A stretch of DNA of 64,000 bases from Deinococcus sp. (GCA_965261005.1 OZ253375.1:96001-160000), one strand, 5' to 3'. Counted from the first letter of the stretch, positions 12,468 to 23,452 are shown. Notes: generated by a model not told the origin, from the letters alone. Translations and numbers: made by a program.

Positions 12468-13445
12468 ATGCTCGCCTTTGATCTGCCCCCGGAGTTAATC
12501 GCCCAAAGCGGCGCCGAACCGCGCGACACGGCCCGCCTGATGGTCGTGGGCGAGGGGCTGGAACACCGCCAGGTGCGCGACCTGCCCGAGTTTCTGCTAC
12601 CCGGCGACCTCTTGGTCTTCAACGAGTCGCGGGTGATCCCGGCGCGGCTGTTCGCGCGCAAGCCGACCGGGGGCCGGGTCGAGGTGCTGCTGCTGCGCGA
12701 GGAGGAGGCGCTGACCTGGAGCGCCCTCTTGAAACCCGCCCGGCGCGCCGGCGAGACGCTGCTGTTCGGTGACTTGAGCGCCGAGGTGGTCGGCCGTCTC
12801 GAAAGCGGCGCGCGGCTGCTGCGCTTTTCGGAGGATGTGGGGCTCCATCTGGACCGCCTGGGAACGCTGCCCCTGCCGCCCTACATCCACGCCGACGTGG
12901 GCGAGCGCTACCAGACGGTCTACGCCCGCGTGCCCGGCAGCGTAGCGGCGCCGACGGCCGGGCTGCACTTCACGCCGGAGCTGCTGGCCCGCCTGGACGC
13001 CATGGGCGCGCTCCGCACCCGGATCGTGCTGCACGTCGGCGCCGGCACCTTCAAGCCGCTGGTCGGCGACCCGGAGCGCCACGAGATGCACGCCGAGCGC
13101 TATTTCATCTCGCCGGAAAGCGCAGAGGCCATCAACCGCGCAAAAAGTGAGAGGCGGCGAATCGTCGCGGTGGGCACCACGACGGTTCGGGCGCTGGAGA
13201 GCGCTTGGCAGGGCGGCGAGCTGCGTCCCGGCGAGGGTGAGACCCGCATCTTCATTCGGCCGCCGTACCGCTTCCGGGTGCCAGACCTGCTGTTGACCAA
13301 CTTCCACCTGCCTCACTCCACCCTGCTGCTGCTGGTCGCCGCCTTCGCGGGCGAGGGAAGGATTGCGGCGGCGTATCAGGAGGCGATTCGTCGGCACTAT
13401 CGCTTTTACAGCCTCGGCGACGCCATGCTGCTCTATAAAACTTAA
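12468..13445 (+). CDS. queA: S-adenosylmethionine:tRNA ribosyltransferase-isomerase
   Basis: FDLPPELIAQ, PLPPYI, YQTVYA, VAAPTAGLHFT, AVGTT, TNFHLP, YRFYSLGDAM. Confidence 0.97.
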   Translation: MLAFDLPPELIAQSGAEPRDTARLMVVGEGLEHRQVRDLPEFLLPGDLLVFNESRVIPARLFARKPTGGRVEVLLLREEEALTWSALLKPARRAGETLLFGDLSAEVVGRLESGARLLRFSEDVGLHLDRLGTLPLPPYIHADVGERYQTVYARVPGSVAAPTAGLHFTPELLARLDAMGALRTRIVLHVGAGTFKPLVGDPERHEMHAERYFISPESAEAINRAKSERRRIVAVGTTTVRALESAWQGGELRPGEGETRIFIRPPYRFRVPDLLLTNFHLPHSTLLLLVAAFAGEGRIAAAYQEAIRRHYRFYSLGDAMLLYKT

Positions 13446-13864
13446 GGCAGGTCGCCGCGCCGAAAGACCAGCGTCTGGAAGTCCTCGGTGAACAGCACCA
13501 GAAAGTCGTCCGTCACCCGGAAGCGCTTGACCTTGGGGAGCGAGCGCAGGAAATAGTGCTCCAGGGCTTTGGCGTTGGGGTCGCCGCAGCCCTGCGCCCC
13601 CGCGCTTGGCGTGCCGATCTTCAGCGCGCTCTCGTCGGCCACGTAGCCGGCCACGTAGCCGTTGCAGCCGTCCCAGCCGGTCACGCGGCCCGCACCGAAC
13701 TGCAAGGTGGGCAGCACCCCCGCGGTGACGGTGCGCCCCTCGCCGGCCGCGCCGACGCGGTACAGCGTCCAGAGGGTGCCGTAGGGGACGCGCTGGGCGC
13801 CGCCGCTGGACCACACGGCGCCGCACGACAGGGCGATCAGCAGGGCGGCCGAGCGGGCGTTCAT
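13442..13864 (-). CDS. META/HslJ domain secreted protein
   Basis: W.L...TLQF..GRVTGWDGCNGY...C.....LE..FL..L pattern. TACCAT -10 box 5 nt before ATG. Confidence 0.8.
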   Translation of the reverse strand: MNARSAALLIALSCGAVWSSGGAQRVPYGTLWTLYRVGAAGEGRTVTAGVLPTLQFGAGRVTGWDGCNGYVAGYVADESALKIGTPSAGAQGCGDPNAKALEHYFLRSLPKVKRFRVTDDFLVLFTEDFQTLVFRRGDLP

Positions 13865-13945
13865 GCCTCATGGTAGGGCCGCCCGAACTGGGCAAGCGGA
13901 TGGGACGCGCCTTTTGAGGGTCCGCGAAAGGCGTATGTTGACCGC

Positions 13946-14920
13946 ATGTCCTGGTTCGACCGTCTGCGGCAGGGCCTCAGCAAGACCCGCGCGCAGCTCA
14001 ACGAGATGGCCGGTCCCCTCGGCGTGGACGTCAAGGACGTGTTCACGGCCCGCCTGGAGACCATCGAAGACCTCGAATACGCCCTGATTGCGGCCGACGT
14101 GGGCCGCGCCGCCACCGAGGAAGTGCTGGAGGACGTCCGGCAAAGCGGCAAGCGCAACTTGCAGGAAGCCTTGATGGACGCCCTCAGCGTGCAGCTGGAG
14201 CCGGAGGCCCGCCGCGCCCAGCTGCGCCGCCTGGGCTTCACCCCCGACGCCCGGCGTTCCAGCGTGGAGCCGAAGGGCGGCGTCATCATGGTGATCGGCG
14301 TGAACGGCGTGGGCAAGACGACCACCATCGCCAAGCTGGGCCGCTACTACGAGACGCGCGGCAAGCGGGTGATGTTCGCGGCGGGAGACACCTTTCGCGC
14401 GGCGGCTGGCGCGCAGCTGGGCGTGTGGGGCGAGCGGTTGGGCGTGCCGGTGGTGCAGGGGCCGGACGGCGGCGACCCGGCGGCGGTCGCCTTTGACGCC
14501 GCCAGCGCCCGCTTGTCGCGCGGCTACGACCTGTTGCTGGTGGACACGGCGGGCCGGCTGCACACCAAGCACAACCTGATGGAGGAGCTGAAAAAGGTGA
14601 AGCGCGTGATCGCCAAGGCCGACCCGAATGAGCCGGCCGAAATCTGGCTGGTCCTCGACGCCGTGACCGGCCAGAACGGCCTCGCGCAGGCCAAGAAGTT
14701 CCACGAGGCGGTCGGCCTCACCGGGGTCGTGGTGACCAAGCTCGACGGCACCGCCAAGGGCGGCATCCTGGTGCCCATCGTGCGCGAGCTGGGCGTGCCC
14801 ATCAAGTTCATCGGGGTGGGGGAGAGCGAGGACGACCTTCAGCCCTTCGATTCGCGCGAGTTCGTGCGCGCCCTCTTCGACGTGGATGTGCCGGCCCTGG
14901 ACGTGACACCCGAGCCGTGA
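13946..14920 (+). CDS. ftsY: Signal recognition particle receptor FtsY
   Basis: GVNGVGKTTT, DTFRAAA, DTAGR, TKLDGTAKGG. TATGTT -10 box 6 nt before ATG. Confidence 0.97.
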   Translation: MSWFDRLRQGLSKTRAQLNEMAGPLGVDVKDVFTARLETIEDLEYALIAADVGRAATEEVLEDVRQSGKRNLQEALMDALSVQLEPEARRAQLRRLGFTPDARRSSVEPKGGVIMVIGVNGVGKTTTIAKLGRYYETRGKRVMFAAGDTFRAAAGAQLGVWGERLGVPVVQGPDGGDPAAVAFDAASARLSRGYDLLLVDTAGRLHTKHNLMEELKKVKRVIAKADPNEPAEIWLVLDAVTGQNGLAQAKKFHEAVGLTGVVVTKLDGTAKGGILVPIVRELGVPIKFIGVGESEDDLQPFDSREFVRALFDVDVPALDVTPEP

Positions 14921-15540
14921 GCGCGGCGGCCGAGCTGCTGGACTTCTACGCGAAGCTGGCCGCCTTGAGACGCGACCTGTTCGGCGCGACCTTGCTGTAT
15001 ACCCCCGACAGCCCCTTGATCGGCTGCAACGCCGCCTACCCGACGACTTCGGAGGGGGCGGCGCGAGCCGAGTTGTGGTACCGCGGCCAGGGGGCGCCCG
15101 CTCTGCTGGCCTCGGAAGCTCCTTTATCTGATGCCGAGGAGGTGTTGCGGCTGCGGGTGGGCTGGTTTGAGGCCACTGGTGTGGCTTCCCCCATCGCCGT
15201 CGAGCAGGTGTCGCGCCGCCATCTCGCCACGGTGGCGGGGGTGCTGTGTGCCGCTTGGCAAGTGCCCGAATGGTCGGCCCAGCTGTCCGTCAGCCTCGCG
15301 CGGGCGCTGGAGGACCGCTCGGACGTGAACATATGGCTGGCCTACGAAAGAGAGGAGGTCGGCGCGCTGTTGGCGCTGGATGGGGCCGCCCACCTGTGGG
15401 GCGCGCTGGAGGGGGCGGCGCTGGCCCCGCTGCTGGACGCCGCCGCCGCGCTGAACGGGGGCCGGGTGCGAACCAGCCTGACCGCCGAGGACTTGCCGCT
15501 GATTGGGGAAAGCAGGCTCTCGTTTTGGCGCACCGCTTAG
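14917..15540 (+). CDS. Hypothetical protein (possibly degenerate GNAT-like)
   Basis: 207-aa ORF coupled to ftsY by GTGA overlap, with host-like codon usage. Confidence 0.65.
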   Translation: MSAAAELLDFYAKLAALRRDLFGATLLYTPDSPLIGCNAAYPTTSEGAARAELWYRGQGAPALLASEAPLSDAEEVLRLRVGWFEATGVASPIAVEQVSRRHLATVAGVLCAAWQVPEWSAQLSVSLARALEDRSDVNIWLAYEREEVGALLALDGAAHLWGALEGAALAPLLDAAAALNGGRVRTSLTAEDLPLIGESRLSFWRTA

Positions 15541-15561
15541 ATAAACGGCTACACTGCGCCG

Positions 15562-16221
15562 GTGATCCCAGACCTGCTGATCTTCGATTGCGACGGCGTG
15601 CTGGTGGACAGCGAGGGCGTGGCGAACCGCGTCTGGGTCGAGCTGCTGGCGGAGCACGGCCTGACCTTCACCTCCGAAGGGTTCCTGCGCCGTTCGGTGG
15701 GCAGCACGCTGGTCGCCCTGTACGAGGGGCTGGGAAGCGATTTCGGCTGGCGGCGGCCGGACGGCTTCGACGCCGAAATTGACGCCCGTCTAGCCGCCGC
15801 CTTCGTGGACGTGCGGGCCGTTTCCGGCGTGCCGGAACTGCTGCGAAGCCTGTCCGTCCCCTGCTGCGTCGCCTCCAACAGCCGCTTTGATCGCCTGAAC
15901 CTCAAGCTGGAGGCCGCCGGGCTGGCGCACTTTTTCGAGGGCCGGGTCTTTCACGCCGGCCAGGTGGCGCGCGGCAAGCCGGCCCCCGACTTGTTCCTCT
16001 ACGCGGCGCGGACGCTGGGCGCCGCGCCGGAACGCTGCCTGGTGATCGAGGACAGCGTGCTGGGCGTGCGCGCGGCCGTGGCCGCCGGCATGACCGCCTG
16101 GGGCTTCACCGGGGCCAGCCACGCGCTGCCGGGGTTGGGCGAGGAGCTGCGGGCGGCGGGCGCGGGGAACGTCTTTTCCTCGGTCGAGCTGTTGCGGGCC
16201 GCCTTGGCTATCTGGAGTTAA
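15562..16221 (+). CDS. HAD-superfamily hydrolase (IA)
   Basis: FDCDGVLVDSE, ASNS, GKPAPD, IEDS. TACACT -10 box 6 nt before GTG. Confidence 0.92.
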   Translation: MIPDLLIFDCDGVLVDSEGVANRVWVELLAEHGLTFTSEGFLRRSVGSTLVALYEGLGSDFGWRRPDGFDAEIDARLAAAFVDVRAVSGVPELLRSLSVPCCVASNSRFDRLNLKLEAAGLAHFFEGRVFHAGQVARGKPAPDLFLYAARTLGAAPERCLVIEDSVLGVRAAVAAGMTAWGFTGASHALPGLGEELRAAGAGNVFSSVELLRAALAIWS

Positions 16222-16784
16222 TGGTTTTGCAAAAGGAGCAACAGAGCGTTCCCGATGTGGAATACTCTCTACTCGTGACCCGAGAAAGCTCTGCCGGGGA
16301 CGCGGACAAAATCTCTAACTTGCCGCGCTACGCCAAGCTTGAGATCGAGCGCCGCTGGCTCGTTGAGGGTGAACACCCGTCCTTGGAGCAGCCCAAGACT
16401 ATAGAAGATTTATACATGCGGCACACCCGGCTGCGGCTGCGATTGGAACGCTTTCCGGACGGTTCGTGCGTTTACAAGCTATGTCGTAAATACGGACACG
16501 TCGGTCCGCAGAGCGAACCGATCACCAACCTCTATCTCAATCAGGCGGAATACGACCTGCTCGCCACCCTGCCGGGCGCGCGGCTATGCAAGCGCCGCTA
16601 CGCTGTCTCTGGGGGCGCACTGGACGTACACGACCATCCACAGGCCGGCCTGATCCTCTTTGAGCGAGAATTTGCGTCCGAGATGGATGCTGGAACTTAT
16701 ATTCCACCGGACTTTGTGGGGCGGGAAGTGACCGATGATCCTATGTATAGCGGCGCCACGCTGGCTGGACTGATCTATCCGTAA
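16221..16784 (+). CDS. CYTH/triphosphate-tunnel-like protein (start uncertain)
   Basis: EIERRWLV, RLRLR, KRRY, FEREF, GREVTDDPMYS resemble CYTH motifs. Lower GC than neighbours. Confidence 0.7.
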   Translation: MVLQKEQQSVPDVEYSLLVTRESSAGDADKISNLPRYAKLEIERRWLVEGEHPSLEQPKTIEDLYMRHTRLRLRLERFPDGSCVYKLCRKYGHVGPQSEPITNLYLNQAEYDLLATLPGARLCKRRYAVSGGALDVHDHPQAGLILFEREFASEMDAGTYIPPDFVGREVTDDPMYSGATLAGLIYP

Positions 16785-16834
16785 GCAGTGAGAAGCTTTC
16801 ACTCCTGTGCGAGTTCCGGAACAAACAGTCCTCT

Positions 16835-16929
16835 GCCGTCGGCAGCTCAATCATGCCGCCCGCCTTCCGGCTGACCTTCCATGCGGGCGGTCTCGCGCAG
16901 TTCCAACCGGATCAAGCGGCCTAACCTGC
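16835..16929 (-). pseudogene. Decayed, internally deleted duplicate of the 3' end of sdaAA
   Basis: 16835-16865 matches 17519-17549 at 29/31. About 16886-16929 (ggcggtctcgcgcagttccaaccggatcaagcggcctaacctg) resembles about 17617-17659 (ggccgtttcgcgcagctccggcggcatcaggcggcccacctgg). Confidence 0.8.
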
Positions 16930-16943
16930 CGTAGAATGACCTC

Positions 16944-17504
16944 ATGACGGACGCTGCCCCTCAAGCCATGACCGAGGCGGAATACCTGCGCTCCGAGCGC
17001 GAAAGTCCCTACAAGCGCGAATACGTGGGGGGCTTCGTGTATCCGCTGCACGCGCAGGCGGGGGCGAGCGGGGAACACGGCCGGATCGGCGTCAACATGG
17101 TGGGACACCTCTACGCCGATGCCATACGCCGGGGCTGCCGCCTCTACCAGTCCGACATGCAGCTGTATGTCCCTGGCGCGTCCAGTTACTTCTATCCCGA
17201 CGTGATGCTGGTCTGCGGCGGCGAGCAGCCGGGGCGCTACTACGAGACCTCACCGTGCCTGCTGGTGGAAGTCCTTTCTGGCAGCACGGCGCACAATGAC
17301 CGCCGACACAAGCACGCCGTCTACACGGCAATTCCCACGCTCCAGACCTACCTGATCGTCTCGCAGGACGAGCGGTACGTCGTGGAGTATCAGCGTGGGG
17401 AAGGGAGATGGCACATGCGCGAACATCAGGGCGGGGGGCAGGTGGAGGTGCCCTGTCTGAACCGCGTTCTCACCCTAGACGAGATGTACCGTAACGTGCG
17501 CTAG
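16944..17504 (+). CDS. Uma2 (DUF820) family PD-(D/E)XK endonuclease-like protein
   Basis: EYL..E......[26 protein letters not shown]...K...Y. TAGAAT -10 box 6 nt before ATG. Confidence 0.92.
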   Translation: MTDAAPQAMTEAEYLRSERESPYKREYVGGFVYPLHAQAGASGEHGRIGVNMVGHLYADAIRRGCRLYQSDMQLYVPGASSYFYPDVMLVCGGEQPGRYYETSPCLLVEVLSGSTAHNDRRHKHAVYTAIPTLQTYLIVSQDERYVVEYQRGEGRWHMREHQGGGQVEVPCLNRVLTLDEMYRNVR

Positions 17505-17514
17505 CCGATTCCCT

Positions 17515-18399
17515 TCACGCCATCGGCAGCTCGATCATGCCGCCCGCCTCCTCCGCTTGGCCCTCCATCTCCCGCGTCATCCGTAAGCCGGTCGGCGTCT
17601 GGGCCAGGCCCCCGTCGGCCGTTTCGCGCAGCTCCGGCGGCATCAGGCGGCCCACCTGGGCCATCGCGCCCACCACCTCGTCGGGCGGGATAAAGCTCTC
17701 CAGCTGCGCCAGGGCCAGCTGCGCGGCGCTGACGGCGTGAACGGCAAAAAAGGCGTTGCGGCTGACGCAGGGCACCTCCACGTAGCCGCCCACCGGGTCG
17801 CACACCAAGCCGATGGTGTTCATCAGCGCAAGGCTGGCGGCGTGGACGCAGGCCCTGGGCGAGCCGCCCAGCAGCTCGGTCACGGCGGCGGCGGCCATCG
17901 CGGCGCTGGAGCCGATCTCGGCTTGGCAGCCGCCGGCGGCTCCCGAGATGTACATCTGGCGCGAGATGGCCTGCCCCACGCCCGCCGCCAGGACCATCGG
18001 CATCACCAGCTGATCGTCCGCTATACCCAAATGGTCGGCCACGCCCAGCAGCGCCCCAGGAATGGTGCCCGCGCTGCCGGCGGTGGGCGCCGCCACGATG
18101 CGGCCCATGCGGGCGTTCTCCTCGTTGACGGCCATCGCGTAGGCCTGCACCCGCTTCAGGAGGGGCGCCCCCAGCACGTCGGGCGCCTCCCACAGCCCCT
18201 TCGCGTTCCAGCCGACCATGCCGGTGACGCTTTTCACGCTCGACTTCAGGCCGCGCTCGACGCTATTTCGCATCTCGGCGATGCGCGTGGCCATCGCCCG
18301 CTTCACATCCCCCGGCGCCAGGCCGTTCTCCTCGCAGTCGCGGGCCAGAACCCAGGCCGAGGCGGGGGCGGGGGCGTTCAGAATGTCGTCGAGGGTCAT
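17515..18399 (-). CDS. sdaAA: L-serine dehydratase, iron-sulfur-dependent, alpha subunit
   Basis: [63 protein letters not shown] -10 box 6 nt before ATG 18399. Confidence 0.95.
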   Translation of the reverse strand: MTLDDILNAPAPASAWVLARDCEENGLAPGDVKRAMATRIAEMRNSVERGLKSSVKSVTGMVGWNAKGLWEAPDVLGAPLLKRVQAYAMAVNEENARMGRIVAAPTAGSAGTIPGALLGVADHLGIADDQLVMPMVLAAGVGQAISRQMYISGAAGGCQAEIGSSAAMAAAAVTELLGGSPRACVHAASLALMNTIGLVCDPVGGYVEVPCVSRNAFFAVHAVSAAQLALAQLESFIPPDEVVGAMAQVGRLMPPELRETADGGLAQTPTGLRMTREMEGQAEEAGGMIELPMA

Positions 18400-18446
18400 G
18401 GACACAGCCTAACGCTCGTTTGGTTTTCGTAACGTGAGGGCGCCGC

Positions 18447-19109
18447 CTACTCCATCAGCTTGGGCAGAAGGCGCAGCCACTGAACGCCCGGCAACCGGCC
18501 CAGCTGTTCCAGCGCCCCCCCGCTCAACACCTGATCCAACTCGATGGAGAGCAGCGCCCGCCCGCCGCGCTTTTCGCGGGCACACACCAGGGTGGCGATG
18601 TTGACGGCGTCCTCGGCTATCAATTGGGCGACCCGCGCGATCATGCCGACCGCGTCCGGGTAGCGCAGCAGCAGGGTGGGCGCCGCCCCGCCGAAGTCGG
18701 TCCTCATGCCGTCCACCCGAAAGGCGTGAATGACGCCGCCCCCGGTGCTGGAGGCCAGCAGCGTCACCGCCTCGCCGCCGCCCGAGAGCCTCAGGCGCGC
18801 GCTGTTGGGATGCACGTCGCCGAGGTCCACGTTTTCAAAGGTCACCTCAAGGCCCGCCGCCTCGGCCTCCTGAATGGCGTCCGGCAGGCGCGGGTCGTCC
18901 GGCGCGAAGCCCAGCAGGCCCGCGACGAGGGCGAGGTGCGTGCCGTGCCCGCGCCCGGTCTTGGCGAAGCTGGCGTGCAGCCCGATCTCGGCCCGCTCCG
19001 GCGCGGCGCCCAGCAGGTTTCTCCCCATCAGCCCGATGCGGCAGGCGCCCGCCGTGTGGCTGCTGCTGGGGCCGATCATCACCGGGCCGATCATGTCGAG
19101 CAGGCTCAT
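18447..19109 (-). CDS. sdaAB: L-serine dehydratase beta subunit (with ACT domain)
   Basis: [38 protein letters not shown] -10 box 6 nt before ATG. Confidence 0.95.
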   Translation of the reverse strand: MSLLDMIGPVMIGPSSSHTAGACRIGLMGRNLLGAAPERAEIGLHASFAKTGRGHGTHLALVAGLLGFAPDDPRLPDAIQEAEAAGLEVTFENVDLGDVHPNSARLRLSGGGEAVTLLASSTGGGVIHAFRVDGMRTDFGGAAPTLLLRYPDAVGMIARVAQLIAEDAVNIATLVCAREKRGGRALLSIELDQVLSGGALEQLGRLPGVQWLRLLPKLME

Positions 19110-19174
19110 GGGGGAAGTATAGCTTTGCGACCCACTTCGCCGTCCCCCGTTTTCGGCGGCGCTACCGTTTGGGC

Positions 19175-20023
19175 ATGCGCCCGCTCCTCGCCTTGCTGCC
19201 CTTCCTGGCCCTGCTGCTGGCGGCCTGCTCCCCCGTGAAAGCGCTCAACACCGTCACGCTGGTCGGGGGCCTGCGCCTCGCGAGCGACCTCAAATATGGA
19301 AGCGCGCCCCGGCAGGTGCTGGACGTGTACGCCCCGCCCTCGGTGACAAAAGCGCCCGTGGTCGTCTTCATTCACGGCGGCTCGTGGACCGGCGGTTCCA
19401 AGGACGAGTACAAGTTCGTGGGCGCCTCGCTGGCCCGCGCCGGCTTCGTGACGCTGGTCATCAGCTACCGCCTCGCCCCCGAACACCGCTACCCCGACTA
19501 CATCCGAGACGCGGCTTCTGCCGTCCGCTGGGCGCGGGAGCACGCCGAGCGCTACGGCGGCGACCCGGACCAGCTCTTTGTGGTGGGGCACTCGGCGGGG
19601 GGCTTCAACGCCCTGGAGGTCGTGATGAACGCCCGCTGGCTGAGGGAGGCGGGCGTGCCGATTGCGAGCGTGCGCGGCGTGGTCGGCCTGGCCGGTCCCT
19701 ACGACTACGACTTCCGGCAGTTCCCCTCCAAGAACGCCTTTCCGGTGAATGCCACCCCCGCCGAGGTGATGCCCGCCCGCCACGTGCGCCCCAATCCGCC
19801 GCCCACCCTGCTGCTGACGGCCGCGAACGACACGGTGGTCGCGCCCGAGAACGCGGCGCGCATGGCGGCGGCCCTGGGGGTGGCGGGCGGGCAGGTCACC
19901 TTGCAAGACTTGTCCGGCCTGAACCACTACACCCTGATCGGGGCCGTGTCCACCCGGCTGACCTTTTTGGGGCCGGTGCGAGATAAGGTGGTGTCGTTCA
20001 TCCGGGCACACGCCGCGCCATAG
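19175..20023 (+). CDS. Alpha/beta hydrolase (esterase/lipase) lipoprotein
   Basis: Lipobox LAAC, HGGSW oxyanion motif, GHSAG nucleophile elbow. Confidence 0.9.
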   Translation: MRPLLALLPFLALLLAACSPVKALNTVTLVGGLRLASDLKYGSAPRQVLDVYAPPSVTKAPVVVFIHGGSWTGGSKDEYKFVGASLARAGFVTLVISYRLAPEHRYPDYIRDAASAVRWAREHAERYGGDPDQLFVVGHSAGGFNALEVVMNARWLREAGVPIASVRGVVGLAGPYDYDFRQFPSKNAFPVNATPAEVMPARHVRPNPPPTLLLTAANDTVVAPENAARMAAALGVAGGQVTLQDLSGLNHYTLIGAVSTRLTFLGPVRDKVVSFIRAHAAP

Positions 20024-20055
20024 GCAGGTGGAGGGACCGCCTTATACTGTCCGCC

Positions 20056-22095
20056 ATGACCCAGACCCGCCCGAATTCACCCAGCCCCAACCCGCTGCTC
20101 GACACGCCGTTTGAAATCCCCTTTGACAAGATTGGGCCGCAGCACGCCGAGGGCGCGGTGGATGAGCTGATCGCCGACGGTCGTCGGCGGCTCGCCGCCG
20201 TCAGCGCCGCCCATCCCGACCGCTTCCTGGACGACCTCGACGAGCTGACCCGACAGCTCGACACCGCCGTGACCATTGTCGGCCACCTGGAAGGGGTGGT
20301 CACGGACGACGCTTGGCGCGCGGCCTACAACGCCATTCTGCCCAAGGTGAGCGCCTTTGAGAACGAGATCCAGCTGTCGGGGCCGCTGTGGGAGGCGCTC
20401 AAGAACTTTGCGGGGACGCCGCAGGCGGGGGCGCTTAACCCCGAAAAGGCGCGCTTTTTGCAGCTCACCCTGGACCGCTTCCGGCGCGGGGGCGCCGACT
20501 TGCCGCCCGAGCAAAAGGAGCGCTTGCAAGCTCTGGACGTGCAGCTCGCCGAGACCACGACCAAGTTCGGCCAGAACGTGCTGGACGGCACGACGGCCTT
20601 TGAGCTGTTGGTGGACCAGGAACGCCTGGCGGGCCTGCCGGAACGGGCCAAGCAGGCCGCCCGCGTGGGCGCCGAAAAGCGCGGCCAAGACGGCTACCGC
20701 CTGACCTTGCACGCCCCCAGCTACATCCCGGTGCTGACCTATGCCGACGACCGCGACTTGCGCCGCACCTTGTGGGAGGCCAGCAACGCGAAGGGCAGCG
20801 GCGAGGGGCGCGACAACCGCCCCCTCATTCCGCAGATTCTGAAGCTGCGCCGCGAAAAGGCCGAGCTGCTCGGCTTCGCCAACTTCGCCGACTTGGTGCT
20901 GGCCGAGCGCATGGCGGGCAGCGGCGCGCGGGCGCAGCAGTTCGAGCGCGACCTGGAGGCGCGGGTGCGCCCCTTTTCCGAGCGCGAGAACGCCGAACTG
21001 GAGGCGTTTTACCGCAATGCTGCCGGTCAGGACGCCCCCCCCCTCGAGCCTTGGGACGTGGCCTACTGGGCCGAAAAGCAGCGCGCCGCCCGGTACGACT
21101 TCGACGAGGAGGCGCTGCGGCCCTACTTTCCCATGCCGAGTGTGCTCGCGGGCCTGTTCGAGATCGCCCGGCGCGTCTTCGGCGCCCGGGTGGAGGAAGC
21201 TCAGGCGTCCGGCTGGCACCCCGAGGTGCAGTACTACAACCTCTTCAACAAGGCCGGCGAGCACGTCGCCAGCTTTTACACCGACTGGTTTCCGCGCGAC
21301 AACAAGCGCGGCGGCGCCTGGATGAACGCCTTTGTGACCGGGAAGCCGACCCCGGCGGGCTTTTCGCCCCACCTGGGCCTGATGTGCGGCAACCTCACCC
21401 CGCCGGCGGAGGGCGCGCCCGCGCTGCTCAGCCACGAAGAGGTCGAGACGATTTTCCACGAGTTCGGCCACCTGCTGCACCACGCCCTCTCCAGGGTGGA
21501 GACGCGCTCGCTGGCGGGCACCCACGTCGCTTGGGACTTCGTGGAACTGCCCAGCCAGATCATGGAGAACTGGACTTGGGAGCGCGAGGGGCTGGACCTC
21601 TTCGCGCGCCACTTTGAAACGGGGGAGCCGTTGCCGGAGGACCTGTTTCAAAAGCTGCTGGCGGTGAGGAACTACCGCGCCGCGAACTTCGCCATGCGCC
21701 AGCTCAGCTTTGGCACGGTGGACCTCGCGCTGCACATGGATTGGGACGGCGAGCGCGATCCGCTCAGTTACGCCCGCGAGATCGCGGCGCGCTTCTCGCC
21801 CACCCCGCTGCCGCAGGACTACGCCATGATCGCCGCCTTTTCCCACGTCTTCAGCAGCCCGGTCGGCTACGCGGCGGGCTACTACAGCTACAAGTGGGCC
21901 GAGGTGCTCGACGCGGACGCCTTTTCGCGCTTCGCTCAGGAGGGCGTCTTCAGCGAGGTCGCCGGCAACGACTTCGTCGAACAGGTGCTATCGCGCGGCA
22001 ACAGCGCCGACGCCGCCGCGCTCTACCGCGCCTTTATGGGCCGCGATCCCGACGCTGAGGCGTTGCTGCGAAGATCGGGCCTTGCGACGGCCTGA
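20056..22095 (+). CDS. prlC: M3 family oligopeptidase A
   Basis: [46 protein letters not shown] -10 box 7 nt before ATG. Confidence 0.93.
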   Translation: MTQTRPNSPSPNPLLDTPFEIPFDKIGPQHAEGAVDELIADGRRRLAAVSAAHPDRFLDDLDELTRQLDTAVTIVGHLEGVVTDDAWRAAYNAILPKVSAFENEIQLSGPLWEALKNFAGTPQAGALNPEKARFLQLTLDRFRRGGADLPPEQKERLQALDVQLAETTTKFGQNVLDGTTAFELLVDQERLAGLPERAKQAARVGAEKRGQDGYRLTLHAPSYIPVLTYADDRDLRRTLWEASNAKGSGEGRDNRPLIPQILKLRREKAELLGFANFADLVLAERMAGSGARAQQFERDLEARVRPFSERENAELEAFYRNAAGQDAPPLEPWDVAYWAEKQRAARYDFDEEALRPYFPMPSVLAGLFEIARRVFGARVEEAQASGWHPEVQYYNLFNKAGEHVASFYTDWFPRDNKRGGAWMNAFVTGKPTPAGFSPHLGLMCGNLTPPAEGAPALLSHEEVETIFHEFGHLLHHALSRVETRSLAGTHVAWDFVELPSQIMENWTWEREGLDLFARHFETGEPLPEDLFQKLLAVRNYRAANFAMRQLSFGTVDLALHMDWDGERDPLSYAREIAARFSPTPLPQDYAMIAAFSHVFSSPVGYAAGYYSYKWAEVLDADAFSRFAQEGVFSEVAGNDFVEQVLSRGNSADAAALYRAFMGRDPDAEALLRRSGLATA

Positions 22096-22131
22096 TTTGA
22101 CACGGCCTGGTTTGATATGGCTTGGTTTGAC
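22087..22131. repeat. Degenerate 3 x 15-nt tandem repeat spanning the prlC stop
   Basis: acggcctgatttgac / acggcctggtttgat / atggcttggtttgac. Confidence 0.8.
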
Positions 22132-22196
22132 GATGTGCGAACCGGGCACTGGCCCACATCCGTTGTCTTTCGGGTTGCCTTAGATTGACCTCATCT

Positions 22197-23366
22197 ATGC
22201 CCAATACCACGCCTAACTTCCTCTCACGGCCGCATGTGTTTTGGGCGGGCGACCACCAGGGGGGCGCCTCGGAGTTGGGGCGCGCGCTTCCCGAGGCGCA
22301 GGTGGTGTTCGTCAGCAGCGCCGAGGCGCTGCTGCGCGAGGCCCACGCCACGCCGCCGGACGTGCTGCTGCTCGCCAACACCTTGCCCAGCGAGGTGCCG
22401 CTGCCCGATCTTCTGACCATGCTGCGCGGCCGGCCAGGGCTGGCCCACACCCGCTGGCTGGTGATGGGCGAGCGCGGCCTGGGCGCCTTCCTCAGCGCGG
22501 GCGCAGACGCGCTGGTTGCCTCCAACACGCCCACGGCGGCGCTCGCCCAGCTGCTGCGCAACCACTTGGTGCGCCTCAAACAGGTGCGCGACTTGGAGGA
22601 GCGGCTGCGCGACCAGCAACAGCGCTTGGAGACGTGGGGCCACGAGGAGCGCGTGCGCGATCAGTTGGTCCACATGCTGGTCCACGACCTCAAGAACCCC
22701 ATCAGCGCCGTGTCGGGCCTGCTCGACGTGGTGATCGAGGACGCGGCGCGGGTGCCGCGCGACCTCCTCGATCTGCTCCGGCTCGCCCGCGAGGAGTCGC
22801 AGCACCTGCTGCACCTGGCGGTCAACATGCTCGACGTGCGCAAGATGCAGGCCGGCAAGATGAACCTCAAGTGCGTCACGCTGTTCGCCCCGTCCCTGCG
22901 CGACGTCCTCGACCAAGCCCAGGGCGACGTGGGCGTGGGCATCGGGGAGCGCGAGCTGAGCGTGGACCTGCCCTTCGGCCTCGACCCGGTGCGCGCCGAC
23001 CCCGAGATTCTGCGGCGCGTCTTCGCCAACCTGCTGTCCAACGCGGTCAAGCACACGACGCGCGGCGGCAAGATTCGCCTCGCGGTCAGACCCGTGGAGG
23101 ACGCCCTGGAGTGGCGGGTGCAAGACGACGGCGAGGGCATTCCGGCCGAGGACATTCCCAAGCTGTTCAGCGCCTTTGAACAGTCGCGCTTGACCCTGCA
23201 TAGCCGTTTTGATACCGGCATGGGCCTCGCGTTTTGCAAGCTGGCGGTGGAGGGCCACGGCGGTCAAATCTGGGTGGAGTCCGAGCGCGGCAAGGGCGCC
23301 ACCTTTCACTTCACGCTGCCCTTTGTGCGAGAGGAGGAAGAGGACTTCGTCGAGGTGTTGCAGTAG
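22197..23366 (+). CDS. Cytoplasmic histidine kinase with N-terminal pseudo-receiver domain
   Basis: H-box LVHDLKNP, N-box NLLSNAVKH, G1 DDGEGI, G2 TGMGLAFC, GKGATF. Receiver-like N-terminus. Confidence 0.9.
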   Translation: MPNTTPNFLSRPHVFWAGDHQGGASELGRALPEAQVVFVSSAEALLREAHATPPDVLLLANTLPSEVPLPDLLTMLRGRPGLAHTRWLVMGERGLGAFLSAGADALVASNTPTAALAQLLRNHLVRLKQVRDLEERLRDQQQRLETWGHEERVRDQLVHMLVHDLKNPISAVSGLLDVVIEDAARVPRDLLDLLRLAREESQHLLHLAVNMLDVRKMQAGKMNLKCVTLFAPSLRDVLDQAQGDVGVGIGERELSVDLPFGLDPVRADPEILRRVFANLLSNAVKHTTRGGKIRLAVRPVEDALEWRVQDDGEGIPAEDIPKLFSAFEQSRLTLHSRFDTGMGLAFCKLAVEGHGGQIWVESERGKGATFHFTLPFVREEEEDFVEVLQ

Positions 23367-23452
23367 CCGTCTCACGGCCCAATTCGTGCTAAAACGGGGG
23401 CGTATACCGCGTTACCCGAACGTCCAGCCATGAGGAATTTTGATGCACTGTA

